In this document: piece by piece, positions 16,837-27,096 of the stretch
Numbering within the stretch: position 1 is the stretch's first letter
Layout: every line of letters begins with the position of its first letter
DNA from: Aquificaceae bacterium
GTDB lineage: Bacteria > Aquificota > Aquificia > Aquificales > Aquificaceae
Assembly: GCA_037925075.1 (NCBI GenBank)
Contig: JAXSNR010000002.1
Location: 576,001-640,000, forward strand
DNA: 64,000 bases
Direction of reading: 5' to 3'
Notes under the pieces: generated by a model
The model's input: the letters and a program-made list of their open reading frames with translations, nothing else
Told to the model about the DNA's origin: nothing
Databases searched by the model: none
Position numbers and translations under genes: made by a program

Positions 16837-19680
16837 ATGGAGATAGGCGGTAGCTTTTACGATAGGAAAGCTTACAGCACCTGTTATATGTGTGCTTGCA
16901 GATGTGGAATAGAGGTCTATGTAAGAGACAATAAGGTCACTTACATAAAGGGAAATGACGCACATCCTACAAACAGGGGAGTGCTGTGTGCTAAGGGCTC
17001 CTCTGGAATAATGAAGGAGTACAGCCCCGCAAGGCTTAGGAAACCCCTTTTGAGAGTAGGTTCAAGAGGTTCTGGACAGTTTAAGGAGATAGAATGGGAA
17101 GAAGCCCTTCAGATCGCAACCCAGTGGTTAGAAGAAGCCAGAAGGAAAGGACCCTACAAGATTGCCTTCTTTACAGGAAGAGACCAAATGCAGGCTATAA
17201 ATGGCTGGTTTTCAAGTCAGCTTGGTACAGTTAACTGGGCAGCTCATGGAGGCTTTTGTTCTGTAAATATAGCGGCATCCGGGCTTTACTCTATTGGTGG
17301 TTCCTTCTGGGAGTTTGGAGAGGCGGACTTTGAAAACACCAAATACTTTATGCTTGTAGGTGTGGCAGAAGACCACTCTTCCAATCCCTTCAAACTGGGC
17401 ATTCAAGAGATGAAACGCAAGGGTGGTAAGTTTGTGGTGGTCAATCCAGTCAGGTGGGGCTATGGTGCTGTGGCAGACGAGTGGGTACCCATAAAGCCCG
17501 GTACAGACGGTGCCTTCTTTATGGGCATAATGCATGTACTTTTCAAATACAACCTTGTAAATTGGGAGTTTCTCAAAGAATACACAAACGCACCGTGGCT
17601 TGTAATTCAGGCACCGGGCACTTCAAAGGACGGCCTTTTCTACAGGAATGAAGAAGGCAAGCCCATGGTCTATGATAAAAAGTCCCAATCTTTCAAGCCT
17701 GCGGACCGTATAGTGCCGGACAACCTTGATCCCGCCTTCATAGGAGAGTTTACAACTCCAGAAGGCTACAAGGTGCGCCCCGCCTTTGATCTCTTTGCGG
17801 AAAGACTCGTAAAAGACTACAGCCCAGAAAAAGTGGAGAAGATAACGGGCATACCCGCAAAGGACATAGAAAGGATTGCCAAAGAGATGGGCACCATAGC
17901 CCTTTATCATCCTATAGAGCTTCCCATTGAATGGACCGATGTGTGGGGAAGAAAACACAAAAAGGTTATAGGAAGACCTGTTTCTTTCCACGTGATGAGA
18001 GGAGTGGCGTCCCATAGCAATGGCTTTCAAACCGCAAGAACTGTATTCTTGCTTATGATGATGTTGGGCGTGGTGGATGTGCCCGGAGGTTTTCTCAATA
18101 AGCCCCCTTACCCCAAGCACATAGAAGACCTACCAAAGCCCTACAAGATAACAAAGCCTGAGGAAATAAAGTATGGAGAAGTTTATCCCGGTCCGCATCT
18201 TGGATACCCCCAAAGCCCCGATGACCTTCTTGTGGATGAAAAGGGTAATCCTGTAAGGATAGACTGGGCCTACAGCTGGTGGTTTCCTCTCACCGCTCAC
18301 GGATGCATACAAAACGTGATACCCGCAGCCTATCAACAGGATCCATACGGTATTGAAGTATTGATGATATTCATGGCAAACATGGCTTGGAACTCTTCCC
18401 AAAACATACCTTACATACTTGAAGCCCTCACCGCCACAGACCCCGCGGGCAACTATGTAATTCCTAAGGTTATCACCATAGACGCCTTTTATAGCGAACA
18501 GGTCGCATATTCTGACCTTGTTTTACCAGACGCCACATACCTTGAGCAGTGGTTTGCACTGTCTTTGCTTGACAGGCCACCTTCCGCAGTGGACGGACCT
18601 GTAGATGCCCTTAGGCATCCCATCATAGACCCTGTGGTAAACGGCTATGACGTGAAGAGTTGGGGTGATGTGATGGTGGAGTTGGGATGGAGGCTGAAGC
18701 TTCCCGGCTTTTTAAACCCTGATGGCTCAAGGAAGTACAAAGACTTCAGGGATTTTATCATAAACTGGCAACCAAGACCCGGCATTGGAGCTCTTGCGGG
18801 ATGGCGTGGCAAAAAGGGAGACAAGCACTTTGTGGGAGAACCAAACCCCAACCAGCTGGAAATGTATCTGAAAAACAAGGGCTTTTTCTATTACAAGCTA
18901 CCAGAGAACATGAGATACTACAGGCACGCCAATAAGGACTATCAAGAATGGGCGGTAAGCGTGGGCTTTATGAAAAAGACCGCCCCCATAATCTTTAACT
19001 TCTACCTTGAAACTTTGCAAACCTTTAGGCTCGCCGGTCAAGGTCTGTGGGAAGGTAAAAACCAACCACCAAACGACCCAATCCTTAGAGAAAGGCTTGT
19101 TAACTACTTTGACCCACTACCCTTCTGGTACCCACCCTTTGAAGAGGAAGTTTCCGGCAAAGACTATCCACTCTACGCCTTTACCCAAAGACCCCAGTGG
19201 ATGTACCACTCTTGGGACTCCCAAAACGCATGGCTTAGGCAGATATCTTCAAGGAATTACCTTTACATGAACCCAAAAACCGCACAGAAGTTAGGAATAA
19301 AACACCTTGACTGGGTATGGGTGGAGTCAAGGGTAGGTAAGGTAAAATGTCAGGTCTTTCTGACAGAAACCACAGAACCCAACTCCGTATGGACTTGGAA
19401 CGCCATAGGCAAGATGAAGGGAGCATGGGGACTAAAGCCAGAAGCGGAAGAAGGGCACGAAGGCTTTCTTCTTAACCATGTTATACCCCACAGCATACGC
19501 ATAGGAGGTAAAGAGGTCTATTATGGAGACCCAATAACGGGACATCTTGCGTGGTTTGACACAAAGGTAAAGGTCTATAAGGCAGAAGACCAAACGCCAG
19601 AGACCCATCCACAGTTTGAAGTAGAGCCCCTTGACTATATTAAAGAAAGATGGATGCCGGTGCTTAGGTACAAGCCATGA
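16837..19680 (+). CDS. soeA: Molybdopterin oxidoreductase, SoeA-type sulfite dehydrogenase catalytic subunit
   Basis: STCYMCACRCGI 4Fe-4S motif, FFTGRDQ, AHGGFCSVN, MYHSWDSQNAWLRQI; no Tat signal; followed by Fe-S and DmsC-like subunits. Confidence 0.85.
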   Translation: MEIGGSFYDRKAYSTCYMCACRCGIEVYVRDNKVTYIKGNDAHPTNRGVLCAKGSSGIMKEYSPARLRKPLLRVGSRGSGQFKEIEWEEALQIATQWLEEARRKGPYKIAFFTGRDQMQAINGWFSSQLGTVNWAAHGGFCSVNIAASGLYSIGGSFWEFGEADFENTKYFMLVGVAEDHSSNPFKLGIQEMKRKGGKFVVVNPVRWGYGAVADEWVPIKPGTDGAFFMGIMHVLFKYNLVNWEFLKEYTNAPWLVIQAPGTSKDGLFYRNEEGKPMVYDKKSQSFKPADRIVPDNLDPAFIGEFTTPEGYKVRPAFDLFAERLVKDYSPEKVEKITGIPAKDIERIAKEMGTIALYHPIELPIEWTDVWGRKHKKVIGRPVSFHVMRGVASHSNGFQTARTVFLLMMMLGVVDVPGGFLNKPPYPKHIEDLPKPYKITKPEEIKYGEVYPGPHLGYPQSPDDLLVDEKGNPVRIDWAYSWWFPLTAHGCIQNVIPAAYQQDPYGIEVLMIFMANMAWNSSQNIPYILEALTATDPAGNYVIPKVITIDAFYSEQVAYSDLVLPDATYLEQWFALSLLDRPPSAVDGPVDALRHPIIDPVVNGYDVKSWGDVMVELGWRLKLPGFLNPDGSRKYKDFRDFIINWQPRPGIGALAGWRGKKGDKHFVGEPNPNQLEMYLKNKGFFYYKLPENMRYYRHANKDYQEWAVSVGFMKKTAPIIFNFYLETLQTFRLAGQGLWEGKNQPPNDPILRERLVNYFDPLPFWYPPFEEEVSGKDYPLYAFTQRPQWMYHSWDSQNAWLRQISSRNYLYMNPKTAQKLGIKHLDWVWVESRVGKVKCQVFLTETTEPNSVWTWNAIGKMKGAWGLKPEAEEGHEGFLLNHVIPHSIRIGGKEVYYGDPITGHLAWFDTKVKVYKAEDQTPETHPQFEVEPLDYIKERWMPVLRYKP

Positions 19681-20222
19681 AGACCCTTGAGAAGAAAACA
19701 GTGGCAGACTACGAAGCTTTGCCAGAAGGTAGCCCTTATCAGCTCATTGAGGGAGAGTTTGTCATGAGCCCAGCAGCCAGCTTTGAACACTTCAGAAGCC
19801 AGAGAAATATTCTTCTGAAGCTTTTTAGACTTGTACTTGAAGCGGATAGGGGTGAGGTCATATACGCACCAGTAGACCTATACCTTGATGAAGAAAACGC
19901 ATACCAGCCAGACATAATGGTGGTGCTAAAAGGCTCCAAAGCCAAGATAACCAGCAAGGGAGTTTATGGACCACCCGATGTGATGGTGGAGATTTTCTCC
20001 CCTTCCACCGCATACTACGACCTGAAGGTCAAGAAAAGGGTGTACGAAAAGGCGGGAGTTAGAGAATACTGGATTGTGGACCCTATGGAAAAAAGCGTTG
20101 AAATATACACAAACTCAGAGGAAGGCTTTAAGCTAACTTCAAAGGCTGTAGAAAAAGGCAAGGTAAGCTCCGAACTTTTAAACATACAGTTAGACCTTGA
20201 GGAAGTCTTTAAGGAGGTGTAA
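19677..20222 (+). CDS. Uma2 family endonuclease (inside soe operon)
   Basis: YQLIEGEFVMSP, QPDI, PDVMVEIFSPST, GVREYWIVDP. Confidence 0.92.
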   Translation: MKTLEKKTVADYEALPEGSPYQLIEGEFVMSPAASFEHFRSQRNILLKLFRLVLEADRGEVIYAPVDLYLDEENAYQPDIMVVLKGSKAKITSKGVYGPPDVMVEIFSPSTAYYDLKVKKRVYEKAGVREYWIVDPMEKSVEIYTNSEEGFKLTSKAVEKGKVSSELLNIQLDLEEVFKEV

Positions 20223-20224
20223 GT

Positions 20225-20923
20225 ATGGCACAGTTTGCCCTTGTGATAGACCTCAACACTTGTGTTGGCTGTCATGCCTGTGCAACCAACTGTAAGGAAT
20301 GGAACACACAGGCAGCCTTTGGACCCCTTTCGGACTTTGACCCCTACGGAAAGGAGCCCCATGGAGTTTGGTACAACAGGATAATGACCTATGAGATGGG
20401 CGAGTTTCCCAACACGCAAGTGTTTCATCTTCCCAAGTCCTGCCTACACTGTCAAGATGCTCCATGCGTGCCCGTATGCCCCACAGGTGCGAGCTATAAG
20501 AGGGAACAGGATGGCATAGTGCTTGTAAATTATGATGATTGCATAGGCTGTAAGCTTTGCTCTTGGTCCTGTCCCTATGGATGTAGGGAGTTTGATGAGG
20601 CGGACAAGGTGATGAAAAAATGCACCCTCTGTATAGACAGAATATACGACGAGTCCCTACCGCCAGAGCATAGAAAACCCGCTTGCGTGCTCACCTGTCC
20701 CGCAAAGGCAAGATTCTTTGGAGACATTGAAGACCCAAACAGTGAAGTCTATAGGGTTATAAAGGAACGTAATGGCTTTGTTTTGTTCCCCGACATGGGC
20801 ACAAACCCAGCAAACCACTACCTTCCAAGAACAGAAACAAAGGTTCATATAGATGAACACATTCTAAAGCACGATAACCCTCTTTTCTTAGAGGTTTTAA
20901 GAAGACACCATGTAGGAGGTTAA
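20225..20923 (+). CDS. soeB: 4Fe-4S dicluster subunit SoeB/DmsB
   Basis: IDLNTCVGCHAC, CLHCQDAPCVPVCPTG, CIGCKLCSWSCPYG, KKCTLC. Confidence 0.88.
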   Translation: MAQFALVIDLNTCVGCHACATNCKEWNTQAAFGPLSDFDPYGKEPHGVWYNRIMTYEMGEFPNTQVFHLPKSCLHCQDAPCVPVCPTGASYKREQDGIVLVNYDDCIGCKLCSWSCPYGCREFDEADKVMKKCTLCIDRIYDESLPPEHRKPACVLTCPAKARFFGDIEDPNSEVYRVIKERNGFVLFPDMGTNPANHYLPRTETKVHIDEHILKHDNPLFLEVLRRHHVGG

Positions 20924-20926
20924 AAC

Positions 20927-21937
20927 ATGCATCCACCCATTTCTTTGATTTGGTTTTTCCTTACCGCGGGCACTTCCATAGGGCTTTTTACCTTTACCTA
21001 CTTTATGGAGTTTTTGTCCCTCTTTGGTAAGAACACATCAATGCCAAGAGAAGCGGTTATCTTGTCTCTTATTATCTCCCTTGTGCTTATAGGGCTTGGT
21101 GCTATTGGCGCCAGTTTTCACCTTGGGCACAAACTTAGAGCGTGGAAGGCGATAAGACGCTTTCATACCTCTTGGCTCTCTCGTGAAGCAGTCTTTAGTG
21201 GTGCTTATGGCTTTTCCCTCTTCTTGTACGGACTTTCTTACTACTTTAACGCCTCCCCTTTTCTACAACACAGCCTTGGCATACTGACCTTTATCCTTGG
21301 ATGGCTATCCGCCTTTTCAACCGCCATGATATACGCCAGCAATAGGTTTGTGTTGGAATGGCATACTTCTCTGACGGTGCTTTACTACCTTAACATGTAT
21401 CTTATGCTTGGCTCTTCTGCCTTTTTATCCTTGACCTTCTTCTACAGACCTGAGTTTATTCCTACTTACCTTTTCCTTACCTTCCTCTTTGTATCCTTGG
21501 GACTTGCCTTCAGAATTGCCCACAATGTAAGACAAGTTCTTATCTCAAGACCCACAATAAATGAAGCCCTTAACCTTCCTCACAACAGACCCATAAGAGT
21601 TTTGGACACTGGAACAACCACTGACAACTACTGCACCACAGAATTTTACTATAAGAAAGGAAAGGACCTATTAGGCTCCGTGCTTCCCGTGGCATACATA
21701 CTTACCTTTGTGGTGCCTCTCTTCCTTGTGCTTTACTCGTGGATAACAGGGAACTACAACTACAACTTTTACAAAATAACCTTTGCCAGCCTTCTTATAG
21801 GTAGCTTCCTTGAAAGGTGGTGCTTTTTTGTGGAAGGAAACCATGTGCAAAACCTCTTCTATGGACTGTATCCAGAAGAAGGCTACAGGCTAAGAAAAGG
21901 CTATATGGAAAGGAAGAAGACGGTCATAAGGCTTTAA
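20927..21937 (+). CDS. soeC: DmsC/SoeC membrane anchor subunit
   Basis: MHPPIS, SFHLGH..RAW, SWLSRE, TAMIYAS, ERWCFF; multi-TM. Confidence 0.85.
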   Translation: MHPPISLIWFFLTAGTSIGLFTFTYFMEFLSLFGKNTSMPREAVILSLIISLVLIGLGAIGASFHLGHKLRAWKAIRRFHTSWLSREAVFSGAYGFSLFLYGLSYYFNASPFLQHSLGILTFILGWLSAFSTAMIYASNRFVLEWHTSLTVLYYLNMYLMLGSSAFLSLTFFYRPEFIPTYLFLTFLFVSLGLAFRIAHNVRQVLISRPTINEALNLPHNRPIRVLDTGTTTDNYCTTEFYYKKGKDLLGSVLPVAYILTFVVPLFLVLYSWITGNYNYNFYKITFASLLIGSFLERWCFFVEGNHVQNLFYGLYPEEGYRLRKGYMERKKTVIRL

Positions 21938-22356
21938 TCCTCCTTTTCGCATTCCTCCCTTATCCTATCAACCACTGCCCTAAAAAGGGACAGGGCGGTA
22001 TCTTGTACGCTTAAATAGGCACCTCGTGCTAAAGAAAAGTCATATACATGCACCACTTCCTTCTTCAGTCTAACCACACGCGGTATGCTCTCCGCAAGCC
22101 CCTTTTCTATCAAACCAACCGCATAAAAAGCCTTAAAGCAATCCATAGGCGAATTACACTCAAGCCCCTTCTTCTCTAAGAGAAAAAGCCTAACAGTTTT
22201 CCAAAGGCTTTCAAAGGTATACTCAAACCTCTTTACACAAACCTCATACAGAATCTCCTCCTCAAGCCTTTTCTCAAGCTCCTTAACCTGCTCTAATTTG
22301 CTTAAGGCTCTCTCCGCTTGAGCCAACTTTTTAAGTAGTCTCTCCCCACATGCCAC
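21934..22356 (-). CDS. HEPN / nucleotidyltransferase substrate-binding protein (HI0074-like), RNase motif degenerate
   Basis: KRFEYTFESLWK, SPMDC; the usual RNxxxH reads KKEVVH. Confidence 0.8.
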   Translation of the reverse strand: MACGERLLKKLAQAERALSKLEQVKELEKRLEEEILYEVCVKRFEYTFESLWKTVRLFLLEKKGLECNSPMDCFKAFYAVGLIEKGLAESIPRVVRLKKEVVHVYDFSLARGAYLSVQDTALSLFRAVVDRIREECEKED

Positions 22357-22658
22357 AGCACAGCTCCTTTTAGTATGTTGTCCAAGAACTCCTCCGAAAG
22401 CTTCCTAAACTCCACCAGCTCAATCCTTTTTGGTGTATCCACGTAAAGGTTTAGCTCCTCTTGAAGTTCAAGAAAAAGACCATCTTCCAAAGGCTCAAGG
22501 CAGCCCATCGCTAAGTCTATGTCCGAAAGCTCCGTATCCTCACACAGGGCGGTTGAACCATACAAAACCAAAAGGCACCTTCCCATGTTTAATTTCCTTT
22601 CAAGAGCCTCTAACACTTGCCTCCTTATCCTTTCAAGCTCTTCCCTTTTCATCACCAA
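22302..22658 (-). CDS. Minimal nucleotidyltransferase (MNT) antitoxin-like
   Basis: LYGSTA...SDIDLA motif; overlaps the HEPN gene. Confidence 0.8.
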   Translation of the reverse strand: MVMKREELERIRRQVLEALERKLNMGRCLLVLYGSTALCEDTELSDIDLAMGCLEPLEDGLFLELQEELNLYVDTPKRIELVEFRKLSEEFLDNILKGAVLWHVGRDYLKSWLKRREP

Positions 22659-23857
22659 TCAAAAGGCACAATATCCACTCTTTGACCCGCTTTTATCTCA
22701 TTTACCCCTTCATAAACCACCATATAACAGTTAGCATCCACATAGGAAGTAAGCATGTGAGACTGAGTTTTGGGAGAGTAATCACAAAATAGCCTACCAT
22801 CCTTTTCTGTAAAGGTTGCCCTCACAAACTCCCTCCTTTCCGCGTCTTTCCTTGTAAAATCTCTCAAAAGCTCAGCCTTGTACATTTTTGGTATGCAATC
22901 TTTTATACCTTGCATCTTTAAAAGAGAAGGCTTAACTAACATGTCAAAAGCCATGGCACAGGAAACAGGATTGCCCGGCAGACCAAAAAAGAGCGTCTTG
23001 CCCTTTTTTGCAAAAAGCACAGGCTTTGCTGGCTTTATCCTAAGTTTGTGAAAGACTATCTCAAAGCCCATCTCCTTGACAAGCTTATGGACAAAGTCCT
23101 TTTCACCTACGGAAACTCCCCCGGTGGTTATAAAAACATGGTAATCCTCTACCCCTTCAAGGACTCTGCTTATACTCTCTGGATCATCCTTCACAGTACC
23201 AAGCTGATGAACTTCACAGCCAAGCTCTTTGGCTCTTGCGTAAATAAGGTGGTTGTTGGTGCTCCTTATCTGCGATGGCTTTTCTATGGGCTCTCCCGGC
23301 TCTTTTATCTCGTCCCCGGTGGAAAGCACCGCCACCCTTGGCCTTTGATAAACCTCCACAAAGACCCTGTTGGCAAAGGCAAGCAAGCCAACCTCATAGC
23401 CTCTTATTCTTGTGCCTTTTTTTAGAATTAGCTCTCCAGCCTTTACCTCCTCTCCTTTAAACCTTATGCTTGCACCCTTCTTAAAAGAAGCTTCTATAAG
23501 GACAAACTCACCTTCCATCCTTGTGTATTCCACAGGGACCACCACATCCGCACCTTCTGGAACAGGTGCACCCGTATAGATCCTTACCGCTTGACCCCTT
23601 TCTAACTTGCCGGGAAACTCACCACCCGCGGGCACCTCACCCACAACCTTAAGCCTTGTAGGAACCTTCTCAAGGTCTTGAGATATAACCGCATATCCAT
23701 CCATGGCTGAGTTGTCAAAGGCTGGGCTATCCCTATCCGCCAACACATCCTCCGCAAGCACCCTTCCAAGAGCATCCCAGATCAGTACCTTCTCTCTCGG
23801 CAACTCTTCTACTCTTTCAAGAAGCAATTCAAGAGCGGTTTCATAAGGTGTGAGCAT
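22652..23857 (-). CDS. moeA: Molybdopterin molybdenumtransferase MoeA
   Basis: GRVLAED, SAMDGYA, IYTGAPVP, STGDE, TTGGVSVGEKD, GLPGNPVS. Confidence 0.95.
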   Translation of the reverse strand: MLTPYETALELLLERVEELPREKVLIWDALGRVLAEDVLADRDSPAFDNSAMDGYAVISQDLEKVPTRLKVVGEVPAGGEFPGKLERGQAVRIYTGAPVPEGADVVVPVEYTRMEGEFVLIEASFKKGASIRFKGEEVKAGELILKKGTRIRGYEVGLLAFANRVFVEVYQRPRVAVLSTGDEIKEPGEPIEKPSQIRSTNNHLIYARAKELGCEVHQLGTVKDDPESISRVLEGVEDYHVFITTGGVSVGEKDFVHKLVKEMGFEIVFHKLRIKPAKPVLFAKKGKTLFFGLPGNPVSCAMAFDMLVKPSLLKMQGIKDCIPKMYKAELLRDFTRKDAERREFVRATFTEKDGRLFCDYSPKTQSHMLTSYVDANCYMVVYEGVNEIKAGQRVDIVPFDW

Positions 23858-24365
23858 TTTTACATCCTCCGCGCAAATATGGTTTCAGAGTCCATCTCCA
23901 CCTCGCAAGCCGATAGTATAAATCTTCTGCAAGTTCATAAACCTTTGCCATCTTCTCATCTGGATACACTAACACAAAGTATTTGACACCTTCTTTTTCA
24001 CAAAGTTCAAACTTTAAGCCCTCATCCATCTGTTTGCTTGAGGGCGAAACCACTTCAACAACCATATAAGGCGGTTCTTCTACTTTCTCTGGGATCTTTC
24101 CACACAAAACCATCAAATCTGGTCTGACAACCGTATCAAAAGAAATATACCAGTCAAGCTCTACAAAAACTGCACATCTATCGCAACCCTTTACAGTATC
24201 AAAGATATTGGCGAGCATTTGCGAAAGTCTTACGAGGATGTACTGATTTATAGGTCTTGGCGAAGCCATAGCGTAGGGAACACCTTCCACAAGCTCCCAA
24301 TCCCCTTGCCAATTTTTCCAATCTTCCACGGTATACCTTACTGGATACCTATCAGCCAAGCCCAT
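23841..24365 (-). CDS. Uma2 family endonuclease, probably damaged by a C-terminal deletion/frameshift
   Basis: WELVEGVPYAMASP, VRPDL, VVEVVSPS, GVKYF. A Uma2-like tail (CEVEMDSETIFARRM*) lies in another frame ending at 23860. Confidence 0.75.
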   Translation of the reverse strand: MGLADRYPVRYTVEDWKNWQGDWELVEGVPYAMASPRPINQYILVRLSQMLANIFDTVKGCDRCAVFVELDWYISFDTVVRPDLMVLCGKIPEKVEEPPYMVVEVVSPSSKQMDEGLKFELCEKEGVKYFVLVYPDEKMAKVYELAEDLYYRLARWRWTLKPYLRGGCKNAHTL

Positions 24366-24369
24366 GGCT

Positions 24370-24618
24370 CTATTTTACACCTGCCAACCACCTGCTTACA
24401 AGTTCTATCTCCATCCCCGACAAGCCCCTTCCCCATGGACATCTCTTTGCAAGTTCCATAACCGCCTCAGGTCTTCCCTTGTACTTCTCTCTTAGGTAGC
24501 TCAGGGGCTTTTTATTCTTGTCCGTATGGCACCTCATACAGGAATTTTTGAAAATAAGTTCTCCTTCTGAGGCAAGGCAAAGGTTTGCAAGTAAAAGTAG
24601 ATGGTAAAACTTTCTCAT
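24370..24618 (-). CDS. Small monoheme c-type cytochrome
   Basis: Signal peptide, GELIFKNSCMRCH (CxxCH), GGAGG RBS. Confidence 0.85.
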   Translation of the reverse strand: MRKFYHLLLLANLCLASEGELIFKNSCMRCHTDKNKKPLSYLREKYKGRPEAVMELAKRCPWGRGLSGMEIELVSRWLAGVK

Positions 24619-24647
24619 AAGTACACCTCCGTTTAAAATATCTCTTA

Positions 24648-25262
24648 ATGCTAAAGATAGCTCTAACGGGAAATCTTGGGTCTGGTAAATCCACCTTAGG
24701 AAAGTTCTTTGAAGAAGCTGGTTTTTTTGTCTTTGACGCAGACAGAATTATAAGAGAGTTCTACCAAGAGAGGGGCGAAGTTTACAGGGAAGTGGTTAGG
24801 GCTTTTGGTGATAAGGTGTTGGGCAAGGAAGGAGAAATTGACAGGAAAAGACTCGCCCACATAGTGTTCTCGGACCCACAGAGTCTAAGACTTTTAGAGA
24901 GCATAACCCACAGGAAGCTTTACGAAAGACTTGACCAAGAGTTTAAAAAACTCCCAGCGGATAGTATCGCGGTGGTGGAGGCGAGCCTTCTCATTGAAAA
25001 AGGCACTTACAGAAACTATCATGCCACATTGCTTGTGTATGCTCCCTACGAGCTTTGCAGAGAAAGAGCCCTAAAAGCTGGCTATAGCCCGGAGGACTTT
25101 GAAAGAAGATGGGCAAACCAGATGCCCCCCGAAGAAAAAAGGAAATACGCCCATTTTATAGTGGAAAACACGGGAACCCTTGACAACCTCAAAAAAAGAG
25201 CCTTTGAACTTGCTAAGGTTTTTAAAAACTGGGTGGAGTTTCAAAATGGAAAATCTTCTTAA
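24648..25262 (+). CDS. coaE: Dephospho-CoA kinase
   Basis: IALTGNLGSGKST, DADRI, IDRKRLAHIVF, LESITH. Confidence 0.95.
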   Translation: MLKIALTGNLGSGKSTLGKFFEEAGFFVFDADRIIREFYQERGEVYREVVRAFGDKVLGKEGEIDRKRLAHIVFSDPQSLRLLESITHRKLYERLDQEFKKLPADSIAVVEASLLIEKGTYRNYHATLLVYAPYELCRERALKAGYSPEDFERRWANQMPPEEKRKYAHFIVENTGTLDNLKKRAFELAKVFKNWVEFQNGKSS

Positions 25263-27096
25263 CCTTTTAAGGGAAGAAGTGGCAAAAGCCCAGAGAAGCC
25301 TTAAGATTGCCTCTCCTTGGATTGACCAATGCGTGTTGGAAAAGCTCCTTGAAGGCCTTCCCAAGGGTGTAAAGCTTGAAGTTATACTCAGGGCGGGAGA
25401 GCTAAAGGACCTTAGCATAACGGGGGAAGGAACCTTCAGAGTTCTGGAAAGGTACGGAGCGGAAGTGTGCATAAACCCCAGGCTTCATGCAAAGCTGGTG
25501 CTTATAGACGACGCGGTGGCCTTTGTAGGATCTGCCAACCTTACGAGGCCTGGGCTTGAAGAAGAAGGTAATCTGGAGGTGATGGTTCCTCTACATGGGG
25601 AGGAGGTCAAAAAAATCGTTGAACTCTTTGAAGACTACAAGAAAAGCTCCGTAAAACTGTCTAAGGATGCGGTAGCCATCGTTGTATCCGTTGAATCTTC
25701 TGTAGAGGCTATAGCCCTTCTTTTTGAGAACCTTCCAGAGCAGTCCTTCCTGTGGGCTCAGGGGGAAAGGGGAAAGCTTTTGTGCAGGCTCACAAGGGTC
25801 TACACTCAAACTGATAAATTTACATCCTTAGAAACCCCTTCTGAAAGCAAGAGTTGGCTTGTTGCCTATTTTAGGACCATTCTCAGAGGGTCTGTCCTTA
25901 TGGGAAAGGTCAAGGTGCTCCTTGAGCTGAGCGAGGGAGAAGAGGGACACTTTGGCACGCCTATTTCTGGCCTTCGTCCGGGGGACCAACTCCTTCCTGT
26001 AAAGGAAGAGGATGAGGACCTACACAAGGTAATGAAAACAAACCTCTCTGGCTATTTGATGGACCTGCCTGTAAAGGTTGGAAACCTTGTAAAAAGGCAC
26101 GTGCCCGTCCACTTGGACCTTGCAAAGATAAGCGGTATGCACATGGCTGTTCTTGGAACAACAGGATCTGGAAAAACAACCTTTGTGGTAAGGCTTTTGG
26201 AAAACATACCACCCGGGGCATGCCAGACCCTTGTCTTTGACCTCTTTGGAGAGTACAAGCAAAAGCTGAAGATTGAAAAAGAAAGAGTGCATCATGTGAG
26301 AATACCCTACACTCTACTCCCCCTTTGGATAGAGGATATAAGGGACCTTTTCAGAGAGTATGGGCTTGCCCTTTATGAAAAGGGCGAGGAGGAAAGAGAG
26401 TTTCTCACACAATTAAGGGTTTACCTAAAGCCAGACCTTAGGCTTTCTGCGTATTCAGAAAAGGGATTGGGGAACATGCTCCTTGACGCCTCCAAAGGTG
26501 GGCTAAGAAAAGAGGTGCTTGAGGTACTCGGCATGATCTCTAAGGATATGGGACAAGAGGTCCTCCAAAATCAGCCGGAGGTTTTTAGACTTTTGGCGGA
26601 AGCTCTTCATTCTACAAAGGATGTGGTCATAGTAGACCTAAGAGATGTAGTAAACCTTACCACAAGGCTAAACCTAAGTGGTCTTATGCTTAAGGAAGTG
26701 CTTTCCCTTGCAAGGTCAAAACCTTCAAGAAGGCTTGTAGTGCTTGAAGAGGCTCATAACTTTGCTCCAGAAAGGGGAGCCACAGATATCCCTACAGGTA
26801 GGGAAAACCTTGCCATAAACATGACCAAGAGGATAGCCCTTGAAGGGAGAAAATTTGGCATTGGTTTAGTGGCTGTATCTCAAAGACCAGCAAACATAAG
26901 CAAGTATGTGCTTTCACAGCTAAACACTCAGGCAATCTTCAGACTCATAACTCAAAATGACATAAACGCCATATCTCAGTTCTTTGAGTATCCCTCAGAA
27001 GACCAGCTTAGGCTTTTGCCCACTCTCAAGCCGGGGCATCTTTTCCTAAGCGGTATAGCAGTGCCCTTTAGCATGCTTATGGAGATAGAGCTTTAA
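25246..27096 (+). CDS. PLD (HKD)-domain - HerA/DUF87 ATPase fusion
   Basis: N-terminal [22 protein letters not shown]-terminal [39 protein letters not shown]. Start MENLL at 25246. Confidence 0.88.
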   Translation: MENLLNLLREEVAKAQRSLKIASPWIDQCVLEKLLEGLPKGVKLEVILRAGELKDLSITGEGTFRVLERYGAEVCINPRLHAKLVLIDDAVAFVGSANLTRPGLEEEGNLEVMVPLHGEEVKKIVELFEDYKKSSVKLSKDAVAIVVSVESSVEAIALLFENLPEQSFLWAQGERGKLLCRLTRVYTQTDKFTSLETPSESKSWLVAYFRTILRGSVLMGKVKVLLELSEGEEGHFGTPISGLRPGDQLLPVKEEDEDLHKVMKTNLSGYLMDLPVKVGNLVKRHVPVHLDLAKISGMHMAVLGTTGSGKTTFVVRLLENIPPGACQTLVFDLFGEYKQKLKIEKERVHHVRIPYTLLPLWIEDIRDLFREYGLALYEKGEEEREFLTQLRVYLKPDLRLSAYSEKGLGNMLLDASKGGLRKEVLEVLGMISKDMGQEVLQNQPEVFRLLAEALHSTKDVVIVDLRDVVNLTTRLNLSGLMLKEVLSLARSKPSRRLVVLEEAHNFAPERGATDIPTGRENLAINMTKRIALEGRKFGIGLVAVSQRPANISKYVLSQLNTQAIFRLITQNDINAISQFFEYPSEDQLRLLPTLKPGHLFLSGIAVPFSMLMEIEL

